This document shows positions 26,027 through 36,051 of a stretch of DNA of 64,000 nt, one piece after another; within the stretch, counting starts at the first letter, position 1, and each line of letters begins with the position of its first letter. The stretch is from a bacterium (GTDB lineage Bacteria > UBA10199 > 2-02-FULL-44-16 > JAAZCA01): positions 576,001-640,000 of the forward strand of contig CAXXGI010000002.1 of the NCBI GenBank assembly GCA_963674695.2. The letters are read 5' to 3'. Under the pieces are notes generated by a model. That model ran no database searches. It was not told the origin of the DNA and saw only the letters and a list, made by a program, of their open reading frames with translations. Position numbers and translations under genes: made by a program.

Positions 26027-27196
26027 ATGCTCGGCATCTACATCCATATTCCGTTTTGTCGTTCCAAGTGCGCCTATTGCGATTTCTTCTCCGTCGCGCG
26101 CGCGCGCGGCGATGTCCCGCATGAGGCCTATGCGCAGGCGATTGTCGCGCAGCTCGATTGCGATGCGTCGGCCTTCGAAGAAGGTCCGGTCGGCAGCATC
26201 TATTTCGGCGGCGGCACGCCCTCGCTCATGCAGCCGGCATTCTTCGCGCGCGTGATCGGTGCCATCGAAGAACGCTTCGATTGTGCAAGCGATTGCGAGG
26301 TGAGCACGGAGGCAAACCCGGGGAGCATCGATGCCGAGTGGTGCACGCGCGTGTGTGATGCCGGCGTGAATCGTCTCTCCATCGGCGTGCAGTCCTTTCA
26401 ACCGGAACTCTTGAAGACGCTCGGGCGCGTGCACAGCTCCGATGAGGCGATGACCGCCATCGCCGTCGCGCAGGACGCGGGATTTCAGAGCGTCTCCATC
26501 GACCTGATGTTCGGTATCCCGGGGCAGGGCATGGCGCAGCTCGAAGAGGATCTGCGCACCGCGATGACCTTCCCCGTCGAGCATCTCTCGGTCTATCAGC
26601 TGACGATCGAGGAGGGGACGCCGTTGTGGGCGAGTCAGGCCAGTCAGGCCAGTCAGGGGTTGGATGAAGAGGAGATGTTGCAACAGATGCGCACGGTGGC
26701 GCGCATGTTGGGGCGCGGGGGATGGGAGCGTTACGAGATCTCGAATTTTGCCAAACCCGGATGCGCGTGTCGGCACAATCTCAACTATTGGCGCTATGGC
26801 CAGTACCTGGGGCTGGGAGCAGGGGCCACTTCGATGGTTCGATGGTACCGACGAACCGACGAACCATCGAACCATCGAACCGTCTTCGGTCGGCGTTTCA
26901 CCCAGGTGCGCGACATCGAGTCCTATATGCGCGACGAGGGGGCGCTCGCTGAATCCGAAGCGATCGATGCACGCACGGCGATGGGGGAGTTTTGTTTCTT
27001 GGGGCTGCGTATGCATGAAGGGATTTCTCCCGCTGCATTCGAAGCATGTTTCGGCGTGCGTTTTGAAACGGTCTTCGGCCAGCTCTCTGCCGAACTCGTG
27101 CGCCACGATCTTCTCGAGGAGTGCGGCGATCGTCTGCGTCTCACCACGCGTGGGCTGGAGATATCCAACCAGGTCTTCGCTCGGTTTGTCTCGTGA
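26027..27196 (+). CDS. hemW: Radical SAM heme chaperone HemW (HemN-like)
   Basis: GIYIHIPFCRSKCAYCDF, SIYFGGGTPS, EANPG, RLSIGVQSF, YEISNFA, HNLNYW, YLGLGAGA. Confidence 0.93.
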   Translation: MLGIYIHIPFCRSKCAYCDFFSVARARGDVPHEAYAQAIVAQLDCDASAFEEGPVGSIYFGGGTPSLMQPAFFARVIGAIEERFDCASDCEVSTEANPGSIDAEWCTRVCDAGVNRLSIGVQSFQPELLKTLGRVHSSDEAMTAIAVAQDAGFQSVSIDLMFGIPGQGMAQLEEDLRTAMTFPVEHLSVYQLTIEEGTPLWASQASQASQGLDEEEMLQQMRTVARMLGRGGWERYEISNFAKPGCACRHNLNYWRYGQYLGLGAGATSMVRWYRRTDEPSNHRTVFGRRFTQVRDIESYMRDEGALAESEAIDARTAMGEFCFLGLRMHEGISPAAFEACFGVRFETVFGQLSAELVRHDLLEECGDRLRLTTRGLEISNQVFARFVS

Positions 27197-27274
27197 TTGC
27201 CTTTTGATTGCCATTCTCTGCCGATGTGCGTAGAATGGACAAATTCCACGTGAAAGAGAGGGCCCGTAAATCTC

Positions 27275-28654
27275 GTGCGACTCCAATTCCTCGGTGCGAC
27301 GGAAACCGTCACCGGCTCTAAATTCCATCTGACCAACGGCACTCACTCATGGCTCATCGATTGCGGCCTCTATCAGGGTCTGCGCGATCTGCGTCGGCGC
27401 AACTGGAATCCGCTGCCGATCGACCCCAAGACGGTCGATGCGGTCATCCTCACGCATGCCCACATCGATCATTCCGGGTATCTGCCGCTCTTCATCAAGA
27501 ACGGGTTCGAGGGGAAGGTCTTTGCCTCTGAACCCACCATGGAGCTCTGCCGAATCCTGCTCCCCGATGCGGGGTATCTGCAGGAGGAAGAGGCGAAGTT
27601 CGCTGCCAAACACGGGTTTTCTAAGCATAGCAATCCGATGCCGTTGTACACCTACACCGACGCGGTCGCATCGCTGGATTATTTCGAAGATTTGCCCGAT
27701 CGCACCTGGGTGAATCTCGCCGACGGCGTGCGTATGATGTTTCGCCCTGCGGGTCATATCCTGGGCTCGAGGCTCATCAACATCTCGGTCAAGGAACCTC
27801 ATCACAAGTTTAACGTGATGTTCGTGGGCGACATCGGCAAATACGATGCCCTCATCGCGGTCGATCCGGGCCCCGTCAAGAGCGTGAACTACCTCGTGCT
27901 CGAATCGACCTATGGCGATCGCTTACATCAGGAAGAGGATGTGCTGGCGCGGTTTGAGACCATCATCGATCGTACGGTGGAGCGCGGCGGAAAGGTGGTC
28001 ATCCCCTCTTTTGCCGTGGGACGTACGCAGGAGGTCCTCTTCGTCCTCAAAAAACTCGAGGAGGCGGGGCGCCTGCCCGATGTCCCCGTTTTTCTCAACA
28101 GCCCCTTGGCCATCGACGCCACGGCCATCTATGAGCACTTCGCCAGCGAGCACAATTTCTTCGAAGACGTGGCCAAACCGGACCAGGCCTTTCACCCGTC
28201 GCGTCTGCGCATCGTTCACGATGCCGAAGAGTCGAAGGGGTTGAACGCCCTCAAGGAGCCGGCGATCATCGTCTCCTCCTCGGGCATGATGACCGGCGGT
28301 CGCATCCTGCATCACTTGAAGGCCTATCTGCCCGACCCGAAATCGACGCTCGTCGTCACGGGGTTTCAGGCGGCTGGAACGCGTGGGCGCGCTATCCTCG
28401 ACGGCGCCAAGGCGGTCAAAATCCATGGCATGCCTGTGGCGATTCACGCCGAGGTGGAGTTCATGGATTCGCTCTCCGCCCACGCCGATTATAATGATAT
28501 CATGCGCTGGCTCGGCGGTTTTTCCGAACCCCCCAAGACGACCTTTCTCGTTCACGGCGAGCCGAAGTCCTCCCAGGCCCTCAAGGAACACATCGAAAAG
28601 ACGCTTGGCTGGAATGTCGTGATCCCCAAATACCTCGAAAAGTTTGAGCTGTAG
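27275..28654 (+). CDS. MBL-fold beta-CASP RNA-metabolising hydrolase
   Basis: FLGATETVTGS, THAHIDHSG, AGHILGS, ESTYGDR, FAVGRTQE, SAHAD, LVHGE. Confidence 0.93.
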   Translation: MRLQFLGATETVTGSKFHLTNGTHSWLIDCGLYQGLRDLRRRNWNPLPIDPKTVDAVILTHAHIDHSGYLPLFIKNGFEGKVFASEPTMELCRILLPDAGYLQEEEAKFAAKHGFSKHSNPMPLYTYTDAVASLDYFEDLPDRTWVNLADGVRMMFRPAGHILGSRLINISVKEPHHKFNVMFVGDIGKYDALIAVDPGPVKSVNYLVLESTYGDRLHQEEDVLARFETIIDRTVERGGKVVIPSFAVGRTQEVLFVLKKLEEAGRLPDVPVFLNSPLAIDATAIYEHFASEHNFFEDVAKPDQAFHPSRLRIVHDAEESKGLNALKEPAIIVSSSGMMTGGRILHHLKAYLPDPKSTLVVTGFQAAGTRGRAILDGAKAVKIHGMPVAIHAEVEFMDSLSAHADYNDIMRWLGGFSEPPKTTFLVHGEPKSSQALKEHIEKTLGWNVVIPKYLEKFEL

Positions 28655-28660
28655 GAGAGC

Positions 28661-28755
28661 GTGAAGGGCGACCGCTTACTTCGTTCGCTGAGACGAGGGG
28701 CGATCGATCCCTTCGGGATCTAGGGCGAAGAGGCTGTTTCGCCCTTCACCCTTCT
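28661..28755. repeat. GACGAAGG-family palindromic element
   Basis: GTGAAGGGCGA...GATCGATCCCTTCGGGATCTAGGGCGAA...TCGCCCTTCAC. Confidence 0.65.
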
Positions 28756-28784
28756 CCCTACGTCTTTCCTTCCCATGCGTTCAG

Positions 28785-28841
28785 TTGACAGTCTTGCCCA
28801 GAGGATGGTAGCGTTTGGCACTCCAATGTGCAGTGTGCCAA
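28785..28841 (+). promoter_or_regulatory. sigma70 promoter plus CIRCE operator
   Basis: TTGACA 28785-28790; TGG-TAGCGT extended -10; TTGGCACTC-N9-GTGTGCCAA (28815-28841) against CIRCE consensus TTAGCACTC-N9-GAGTGCTAA. Confidence 0.85.
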
Positions 28842-28863
28842 CGTATTGTTCTTTAAGGGTATT

Positions 28864-29895
28864 ATGGTTTTTCAGCTTACATCTCGCCAGCGGGAGATCC
28901 TCGATCTGCTCGTGGCCGACTATATCGCCTCCGCCGCTCCCGTGGGGTCGCGCACGATCGCCAAATGCTATCCGGGGCGGCTCTCCCCCGCATCGATCCG
29001 GAATGTCATGTCCGACCTCACCGACATGGGACTCTTGGCGCAGCCGCACATCTCGGCCGGCCGTATCCCGACGACCGAGGGGATGCGCTATTATGCCGAG
29101 ACGCTCCTCAAACGGCGGGAGCTCACCGAGGATGAGTGTACGATCATTCGCCAACACTGCGACGGAGATGAACAGGGGATCTCGGCGGTTCTGCAGCGGA
29201 CCACCCGGATGCTCGCGGCCGTCTCGCACTATGCCGGTCTCGTCCTCACCCCGGGGCCGCAGCGCGTGCTCTTCAAGCAGATCGAATTCATTCGGTTGGG
29301 CAGTCGACGCCTGTTGGGCATCTTCGTCTCGCAGGATGGCCTCGTTCAGAATCGCCTCATCGAGTTGACCGAGGAGATGACCTTTACGGAGCTGGAGCGG
29401 ATTGCCAACTATTGCAACCGTTCGCTTACGGGGCTCACGCTCGATGAAGCGCGTGAAAAGATCGAACGGGAGTTGGCCGATGAGCGAGCGGACTACGATC
29501 GTATCCTGCGTCGCGCGATGGTCTATTCGCAGCAGGTCTTGGGAGACGTTCCGGCCGGCGACCTCGTCTTCGATGGCGAGTTGCAATTGCTCGACGTCCC
29601 CGAATTTCACGAGGCCGAGACGTTTCGGCGCCTCATCGAAGCCCTCGAAGAGAAACGCCGGCTCAGCGACGTCCTCGCACGCTGCAGCGAGGCTGAGGGC
29701 GTGCAGATCTTCATCGGCGCCGATGCCGAACTGGAGCAGCTCGATGCCGTGGCCATGGTGGGCGCGCCCTACATGCGGGACGGAAATGTGATCGGCGTGC
29801 TGGGCGTGATCGGGCCGGCACGCATGGATTATTCGCACGTCGTGCCCATCGTCGATTTCACCGCGAAGGTGATCGGCGATGCGTTAGACAGTTGA
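28864..29895 (+). CDS. hrcA: Heat-inducible transcription repressor HrcA
   Basis: LTSRQREIL, PVGSRTI, SPASIRNVMSDL, QPHISAGRIPT, GVIGPARMDY. Confidence 0.96.
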   Translation: MVFQLTSRQREILDLLVADYIASAAPVGSRTIAKCYPGRLSPASIRNVMSDLTDMGLLAQPHISAGRIPTTEGMRYYAETLLKRRELTEDECTIIRQHCDGDEQGISAVLQRTTRMLAAVSHYAGLVLTPGPQRVLFKQIEFIRLGSRRLLGIFVSQDGLVQNRLIELTEEMTFTELERIANYCNRSLTGLTLDEAREKIERELADERADYDRILRRAMVYSQQVLGDVPAGDLVFDGELQLLDVPEFHEAETFRRLIEALEEKRRLSDVLARCSEAEGVQIFIGADAELEQLDAVAMVGAPYMRDGNVIGVLGVIGPARMDYSHVVPIVDFTAKVIGDALDS

Positions 29896-29960
29896 ACGGT
29901 GAACGGTGCGATGTAACACGATTTTGCTTACGGTTCACGGTTCACAGTTGACGGTTAACG
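29892..29960. repeat. Heptamer tandem/inverted microrepeat
   Basis: tgaacggtgaacgg ... cggttcacggttcacagttgacggttaacgg. Confidence 0.6.
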
Positions 29961-29969
29961 GAGAGCGTG

Positions 29970-30509
29970 ATGACGAAAAAGCATAAGCACAAAGCGGATG
30001 GGGAGAAGGTGGTTCCAGAGATCGCAGAGAGCGAGAGTTCTTGCGACGAGATCGGCGAGCAACTGCGCGCGGCGGAGGAGGAGGCGAAGGTTCACTACGA
30101 CAAACTCCTGCGCGTGATGGCCGAGTTCGAAAATTTCAAGCGGCGCGTCGTCAAGGAGCAGGCCGAGCAGATACGCTATGGCAACGAGAAGCTGCTCGAA
30201 GCGCTCTTGCCCTCGCTCGACGACCTGGATCGCGTGCTCGATCATGTGGCGCCGGATGCCTCCGAGGACGTCCAGAAGATCGCCGAGGGAATCGAACTGG
30301 TGCGCAAGAGCCTGCTCGCGACGTTGTCGAACTTCAACCTCAAGGAAGTTCCGGCGCTTGGGCACGCATTCGATCCGGCCATCCACGAGGCGATCGCCAC
30401 GGTGGAGAGCGAAGGGCATGAATCGGGCAACGTCATGGCCGTGCACCGAAAGGGGTATTGGCTGGCCGAGAGGCTCCTGCGCCCGGCGATGGTGACGGTG
30501 GCGAAATAG
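29970..30509 (+). CDS. grpE: Nucleotide exchange factor GrpE
   Basis: RVMAEFENFKRR, LLPSLDDLDR, FDPAIHEA, GYWLAERLLRPAMVTV. Confidence 0.96.
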   Translation: MTKKHKHKADGEKVVPEIAESESSCDEIGEQLRAAEEEAKVHYDKLLRVMAEFENFKRRVVKEQAEQIRYGNEKLLEALLPSLDDLDRVLDHVAPDASEDVQKIAEGIELVRKSLLATLSNFNLKEVPALGHAFDPAIHEAIATVESEGHESGNVMAVHRKGYWLAERLLRPAMVTVAK

Positions 30510-30618
30510 CCGAAGGGTGAAGGACGAAGGGTGATCGATACCTACGGTATCTAGGGCGAAAGAGTCTTTGCGCCCTTCGTCTTAGTGAACGAAGTGAACG
30601 GACGCCCATCGTCCTTCG
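30510..30618. repeat. GACGAAGG-family palindromic element
   Basis: GAAGGACGAAGGG...GATCGATACCTACGGTATCTAGGGCG...CGCCCTTCGTC...GAACGAAGTGAACG...TCGTCCTTCG. Confidence 0.7.
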
Positions 30619-30635
30619 GAATCATTGGGGGAATC

Positions 30636-32558
30636 ATGAAACGAATTCTGCTCATCTGTGCGGTGCTGGTGTTTTCAGCTGCTTGTGCCACCGGCATGGG
30701 GCCGAACCGCAAGGCGCACTATCCCAACCGCGTGACGCCTGATCTGCAAGCCTCCTTCGATGCCGCCGATGCCCTCTATCAGCAGGGCAATTTTGCCCCC
30801 GCCGATGCGGCGTTTGCCGCGTTCATCGAGGCGCAGCCCTACACGGAACTGACCGACGAGGCTCGCTTTCGGCGCGGCGAGATCGCCTTCTCTCGCAACA
30901 ACTATTCCATTGCCGTAGCGCGCTATGCCGAGGCCACGAGTCAGATCGTTTCGCCGATGGTGGCCCCCAAGGCGCGGTTTAAGCGGGCGTTGGCGCTCAT
31001 GCGCCTCAAGCGGCCGGCAGAGGCGCTCAAGGATCTCCGCGCGATCCCGCGCCGTGAGGCGAGCGCGGTCTTGCGGCTGCGCATCGATTCGCTCGGCGTG
31101 CTCGCTTCGCAGGCAGCCAAGGTTCCGCCCAACGATGCGATCCTCTGGAACCTGTATCTCCTCGACGACTATGCGCAGCTGCCCGATCCGAACGTGAAGA
31201 CGGTGCGCGATGAAAAACTCGTGGGGCTGGAAGCGGCAGAAATCGAGGCGCGTCGCTGGATCGACGATCCGATGGTGACGCTCGCCGCGGTGCAGGCCAT
31301 GCCGCTCAAGTCGATGAAGGGGACGCAGGCGGGCGGCTATGTGGCGTACAAGGAGATTCAACTCTATCACCGGATGGGCGATACCCGCGAGGCGACGCGG
31401 GCGCTCAAGTCCTTTCTGCGCGGCTATCCGAAACACGATCTCTATGGCGCGGGCAGGCTTCTGATGTCCGAGCTCGGCGGCATGGAGGAGATGGCGGGTG
31501 TGAGCGTCGGCGTCATCCTGCCGCTCACGGGGCGCTATGCGGTCTATGGCGCGTCGGTCCTGCACGGCATCGAGTGCGCGGGCGGTATCTTCACCCCCTG
31601 CGTCGGTCCGGGCGGAGTGGCGATCCTGATCCGCGATTCCGAATCCACCAACGCGGGTGCGGTGCGCGCGGTCGAAGAACTGGCGGCCAAAGAGGTGGTG
31701 GCCATCATCGGACCGCTGCGTTCCACGGTGTCGATGGCGGCAGCGCAGAAGGCCCAGGAGTTGGGCGTGCCGATGGTGACGCTCTCTCAGCAGGCCCAAG
31801 TGACGGACGTGGGCAGCTTTATCTTTCGCAACTCGATCTCCACCGAGTCCGAGATCAATACGCTCGTGGATTATGCTATTCGCAAGAAAGGGCTGCGGCG
31901 CATCTTCGTGCTCTATCCGGACAACCGCAAGGGGGCGGAGTACTTTCGCATCTTCTCCGAGGCGGCTGCGGGAGCCGGCGGTCGCATCGTCGCCAGCAAG
32001 GCGTACAAACCCAATCAGATGGAGTTTGCCTCCGAGCTGCGCGGACGTGGCTTTGCCGAGCACACGCTCACGGCCGCGGCTGAGCATGCCTCCTACGATG
32101 CGGTCTTCATCCCGGATTCTGCCTGGGCGGTCGGCTACATCGCGCCGACGCTCGCGTTGATGGGCATCGAGCATTCGCGTCTGTTGGGCATTTCGCGTTG
32201 GAACGATTCGCGGCTCATCGATCGCGGCGGCAAGTATGTCGAAGACGCGCTCTTCGTCGAAACTTTTTACAAGGGGGCCCCCTCGACCGAGGTGTCGAGT
32301 TTCGTGACGCGCTTTCGCGAGGCCTATGGCGTCGACCCGACGCTCCTCGAGGCCCTGGGCTATGACTCGATGCGTATGATCATCTCCAATATGCGCGACA
32401 AGGGGGCGATGGCGCGTACCTCCATGCGCGATGCCTTGGCACGCACGACGGAGTTTCCGGGTGTGGCCGGGCGCATCGCGTTCGATCCCCAAGGAAACGC
32501 CACCCGACGGCAGTGGGTACTCACCGTGAAAAATGGCGCGATTGTACCAGTGAAATAA
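30636..32558 (+). CDS. Lipoprotein with TPR/BamD-like N-terminus and periplasmic-binding fold (LpoA/LppC-like PBP activator)
   Basis: Lipobox FSAAC; VGVILPLTG, IIGPL, YDAVFIPD, LGYDS, FPGVAGRIAFD. Confidence 0.82.
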   Translation: MKRILLICAVLVFSAACATGMGPNRKAHYPNRVTPDLQASFDAADALYQQGNFAPADAAFAAFIEAQPYTELTDEARFRRGEIAFSRNNYSIAVARYAEATSQIVSPMVAPKARFKRALALMRLKRPAEALKDLRAIPRREASAVLRLRIDSLGVLASQAAKVPPNDAILWNLYLLDDYAQLPDPNVKTVRDEKLVGLEAAEIEARRWIDDPMVTLAAVQAMPLKSMKGTQAGGYVAYKEIQLYHRMGDTREATRALKSFLRGYPKHDLYGAGRLLMSELGGMEEMAGVSVGVILPLTGRYAVYGASVLHGIECAGGIFTPCVGPGGVAILIRDSESTNAGAVRAVEELAAKEVVAIIGPLRSTVSMAAAQKAQELGVPMVTLSQQAQVTDVGSFIFRNSISTESEINTLVDYAIRKKGLRRIFVLYPDNRKGAEYFRIFSEAAAGAGGRIVASKAYKPNQMEFASELRGRGFAEHTLTAAAEHASYDAVFIPDSAWAVGYIAPTLALMGIEHSRLLGISRWNDSRLIDRGGKYVEDALFVETFYKGAPSTEVSSFVTRFREAYGVDPTLLEALGYDSMRMIISNMRDKGAMARTSMRDALARTTEFPGVAGRIAFDPQGNATRRQWVLTVKNGAIVPVK

Positions 32559-32561
32559 AAC

Positions 32562-32643
32562 ACGGGAACCGGGATTAGGGACCCGAAAACCAATCTCCTG
32601 ATTTTGATCTTCGGATCCCGAGTTCCGGATCCCGAATTCCGGA
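32562..32643. repeat. Inverted heptamer (GGGACCC/GGATCCC-like) element with GAAAACCAA...GATTTTGATCTTCGG core
   Basis: The same core occurs at 55668-55761. Confidence 0.72.
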
Positions 32644-32647
32644 CTTT

Positions 32648-33631
32648 ATGAACGAATTCGATCTCATCGCCCGTCTGACCGACGGCATTCCTCGCACCGG
32701 AGCACAGCTCAAACAGGGCATCGACGATGACTGCGCCGTCATCGCCGGAGGTGACCGCGACTGGCTCGTCACCACCGATGCGCTCATCGAGGGCGTGCAC
32801 TTTCGCCTCGATTGGACCGATCTTTCGACCCTCGGGCGGAAGGCCCTTTCGGTCAACGTAAGCGATATCGCGGCCATGGGCGGGAAGCCGCGCTTCTTTC
32901 TCGTGAGCGTGGGACTCCCCTCCTCAGTGGGACCCGAGGGAGCCGATGTCCTGATGGCAGGCATGCAGGCGGTGGCGCGCCGCGAGGAGATGCTTCTCAT
33001 CGGCGGCGATACCGTCGCCAGTCCCGAGGGACTCGTGTTCTCGATCACCGTGCTGGGCGAGTCCGAGCCCGATCGCTGGATTTTGCGCAGTGGGGCCAAA
33101 CCCGGCGACGCGATCTTCGCGACCGGCACTTTCGGCGGTGCGGCGCTGGGGTTGTCCGCTCTTGAAGCAGGTCAGGACGACGCGACGCTGCGTCCCTTCA
33201 TCGACCGCCATCGCGATCCGACCCCGCGCGTGGAGGTCGGGAGGTCGCTTGCCGCCACCGGTATGCTGACGGCCCTGATCGATGTGAGCGATGGGCTCTT
33301 CGCCGATCTCGGCCATATCGCTGACAGCAGTTGCGTTGGCTTCGAGATCGAGGCGGAATCGGTTCCGTGCGAGGCGGCTTTCGATGATGCTGCACGCATG
33401 ATGGGATGCGATCCCCGAAGCCTTGCCCTCACCGGCGGCGAGGACTACGAACTCGTCTTTACCGTCGATTGCGCGCGCGAACGGGAATTCGCTGCGCGCG
33501 CGGCCTCGGGGATATTCGGTTCCGTCACGCGCATCGGGCGCATCGTTGCCGATGCTTCCGTGCGTACGGTGCTGGATGCGAGCGGGAAAACGTGTCATTA
33601 TGCTCGCGCTGGTTTTGATCACTTCGGATAA
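32648..33631 (+). CDS. thiL: Thiamine-monophosphate kinase
   Basis: MNEFDLI, GIDDDCA, EGVHF, NVSDIAAMGG, IGGDT, IDVSDGL, TGGEDYELVFT, GFDHF. Confidence 0.96.
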   Translation: MNEFDLIARLTDGIPRTGAQLKQGIDDDCAVIAGGDRDWLVTTDALIEGVHFRLDWTDLSTLGRKALSVNVSDIAAMGGKPRFFLVSVGLPSSVGPEGADVLMAGMQAVARREEMLLIGGDTVASPEGLVFSITVLGESEPDRWILRSGAKPGDAIFATGTFGGAALGLSALEAGQDDATLRPFIDRHRDPTPRVEVGRSLAATGMLTALIDVSDGLFADLGHIADSSCVGFEIEAESVPCEAAFDDAARMMGCDPRSLALTGGEDYELVFTVDCAREREFAARAASGIFGSVTRIGRIVADASVRTVLDASGKTCHYARAGFDHFG

Positions 33632-33637
33632 GCTGCT

Positions 33638-33718
33638 GTTCGCCCTTCGACAGGCTCAGGACGAACGGTTTCATGAACAGGTTGTCCGTTCGTGGTGAGC
33701 GTGTCGAACCATGGACGG
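33638..33718. repeat. CTTCGACAGGCTCAG-type REP doublet
   Basis: GTTCGCCCTTCGACAGGCTCAGGACGAAC...CCGTTCGTGGTGAGCGTGTCGAACCATGGACGG. Confidence 0.7.
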
Positions 33719-33754
33719 ATAAGAGCTGCCGCTTGTGGCGGTGATGGAATCTCA

Positions 33755-34750
33755 ATGTTTGAGCTCGTCGTTATCTTCATGGTGTTGTTGTGCTTCTCGG
33801 CCTTTTTTTCCGGTTCCGAGACGGTGTTCTTTTCGCTCTCTGAGGTCGAGCTGCATCAGTTTGGGGAATCCGGGAGTCGTTCCAAGCGCAACGTCGTGTT
33901 GGCGCTCGCCCGTCCGCGACAGATCCTCGTCACGATTCTCTTGGGAAATGAACTGGTCAACGTCGCCATCGCGGTGACCGGTGCGGCCATCGTTGCGCGG
34001 ATGATCATCGCCGATATGGAGCTGCAGGCGCTCATCGGTGTGGCGGCGATCACCCCCGTCATCCTCGTCTTTGGCGAGGTCGTTCCGAAGAGCGTTTCCC
34101 TTCACTTTGCGCCGCTTCTGGCTCCCATCATCATCTGGCCGCTTGCTCTCTTCGCCCAGATCGTGCGTCCTATCCGCGCGGTGCTCGGTGCCTTTGCCGA
34201 TGCCATCATCCGTCTCTTTGGCGGGGATGCCGATGTCGGCACGCCCATCATCATGGAGGATGAGTTTCGCCGCATGGTCGATATTGGCAGCCGCGACGGA
34301 GTCATCGAGGAGGAGGAACGCGAGATCATCCACAAGGTCTTCGAGTTCACCGACAAACGTACCTGTGACATCATGACCCCGATCGACCAGGTCTTCATGC
34401 TCTCGATCGAGTTGCCCTACGAGCGCATGCTCGAAGAGTTGCGCAGCACGCAGTTCTCCCGTGTGCCGATCATCGAGGGGGGGGACCGCGCGAACGTAGT
34501 GGGCATTCTGCATCTGCGCGAGCTTTTCGGTTTCGATCGTCGACGTCGCGCTCAGGTGCCCGGAGATTTCCGATCGATCCTACTGCAACCGCTCTTCGTT
34601 TCGGAGGTCACGCCGTTGGAAACACTGCTGCGTGAGTTTCAACGAACGCACATGCACATGGCGCTGGTCAAAGGTCAGGACGAGGTGCTCGTGGGCATCG
34701 TCACGATGGACGACGTGCTCGAGGAGCTCTTTGGGGAGCTTGAGGAATGA
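33755..34750 (+). CDS. CNNM/DUF21 + CBS hemolysin-family (CorB-like) protein
   Basis: SAFFSGSET, TILLGNELVN, FGEVVPK, IMTP, FSRVP, GIVTMDDVLEELFGE. Confidence 0.92.
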   Translation: MFELVVIFMVLLCFSAFFSGSETVFFSLSEVELHQFGESGSRSKRNVVLALARPRQILVTILLGNELVNVAIAVTGAAIVARMIIADMELQALIGVAAITPVILVFGEVVPKSVSLHFAPLLAPIIIWPLALFAQIVRPIRAVLGAFADAIIRLFGGDADVGTPIIMEDEFRRMVDIGSRDGVIEEEEREIIHKVFEFTDKRTCDIMTPIDQVFMLSIELPYERMLEELRSTQFSRVPIIEGGDRANVVGILHLRELFGFDRRRRAQVPGDFRSILLQPLFVSEVTPLETLLREFQRTHMHMALVKGQDEVLVGIVTMDDVLEELFGELEE

Positions 34751-36024
34751 GTTTGGCATTCGTCATCATCGTCGTTGTCATCTGCATACTGCTCGAGGGG
34801 TTCTTCTCGGGCAGCGAGATGGCGCTGGTCAACGCCGACCGCCATCGCCTGCGCGCCTCGGCCGATGCGGGTTCGCGCGGTGCGCGCCAGGCGCTGCGGC
34901 TCGTGCGCGATCCGGCGCGTTTTTTCTCCACCACGCTCCTGGGGACAAACCTCGCGGTTGTGGCCGCCTCCGAGATCGTCTCCTTTTATGTTCTGCGTCG
35001 CTACGGTGAAGCGGCCATGCCCTTGGCACTGCTGTTCGCGCCGCTTCCGCTCATCTTCGGAGAGATCGTTCCGAAGAGCATCTATCACCACTATGCCGAT
35101 CGCATCGTTACGCGCATCGCGCCGTTTTTGCGCACGGTCTCGATCCTCTTCTGGCCTGCCGTCTGGCCGCTCTCGCTGCTCACGCGCCGCCTGCTGCGGG
35201 GGTTGCCGGGGCGCTCCTCCGGGGCGCAACCGGTCTCTCGCGAGGCACTTGAACTCATGCTTCGGGTAGGCCAGCCCGAGGAGAGCGACGTGAAGGCCGT
35301 GGAGCGCACGATGATCTCGCGCATCTTCGACCTGGCCGACAAGACGGTCGAAAATATCATGACGCCGCTCGTCGATGTGGTGGCCATCGATATCTCGGCG
35401 GGTCGTGAGGCGGCCGCGCGCATTATGGAGGAGTATGAGTTTTCTCGTGTCCCGGTCTACGAACGACGCGTCTTCAATATCGTGGGCGTGCTCACAGGGA
35501 CCGATCTACTCTTCGGCGATTCCTCCAAGAATGTTCGGGAGCTGATGCGGGCGGTGCCTTTCGTCCCCGAGGAGATGCCGCTCGATGAACTCCTGGTCAT
35601 GCTCAAACGCCGGGGCGAGCCGCTGGCGGTGGCGGTGGATGAATATGGTGCGGCTACAGGAATCGCTACCACCGAAGATCTGCTCGAAGAGGTGGTGGGC
35701 GAGATTCGCGACGAACACGACGAGGAGCCGCCGCTCTATAGCCGCCTCGGCCGAAATCGTTTTCTGGTGGAGGGTCGGCTCGAGATCGAGGTGGCCAACG
35801 AGCGCTTGAAACTTTGGCTTCCCGACGGCGACTACGAGACGGTGGCTGGTTTTGCCCTACACCGCTTCGAGCGCATCCCGAACGTCGGCGATCACTTCGT
35901 GTATGGCCCCTTCCTCTTCATCGTTCGGCAGGCCTCCGAGCGCGCGATCACGCAGATCGAGATCGTGCGGCAAGGTCCTCGGCATGAAGGGGAAGATAGT
36001 CAGTTGTCATCCCCGAGGGGGTAA
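34747..36024 (+). CDS. CNNM/DUF21 + CBS + CorC_HlyC protein
   Basis: EGFFSGSEMA, FGEIVPK, VDEYG, EDLLEEVVGEIRDEHD, DYETVAG; ATGA overlap with the previous gene. Confidence 0.93.
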   Translation: MSLAFVIIVVVICILLEGFFSGSEMALVNADRHRLRASADAGSRGARQALRLVRDPARFFSTTLLGTNLAVVAASEIVSFYVLRRYGEAAMPLALLFAPLPLIFGEIVPKSIYHHYADRIVTRIAPFLRTVSILFWPAVWPLSLLTRRLLRGLPGRSSGAQPVSREALELMLRVGQPEESDVKAVERTMISRIFDLADKTVENIMTPLVDVVAIDISAGREAAARIMEEYEFSRVPVYERRVFNIVGVLTGTDLLFGDSSKNVRELMRAVPFVPEEMPLDELLVMLKRRGEPLAVAVDEYGAATGIATTEDLLEEVVGEIRDEHDEEPPLYSRLGRNRFLVEGRLEIEVANERLKLWLPDGDYETVAGFALHRFERIPNVGDHFVYGPFLFIVRQASERAITQIEIVRQGPRHEGEDSQLSSPRG

Positions 36025-36051
36025 TCGGGGATCCAGTCCGGAAAACACACA

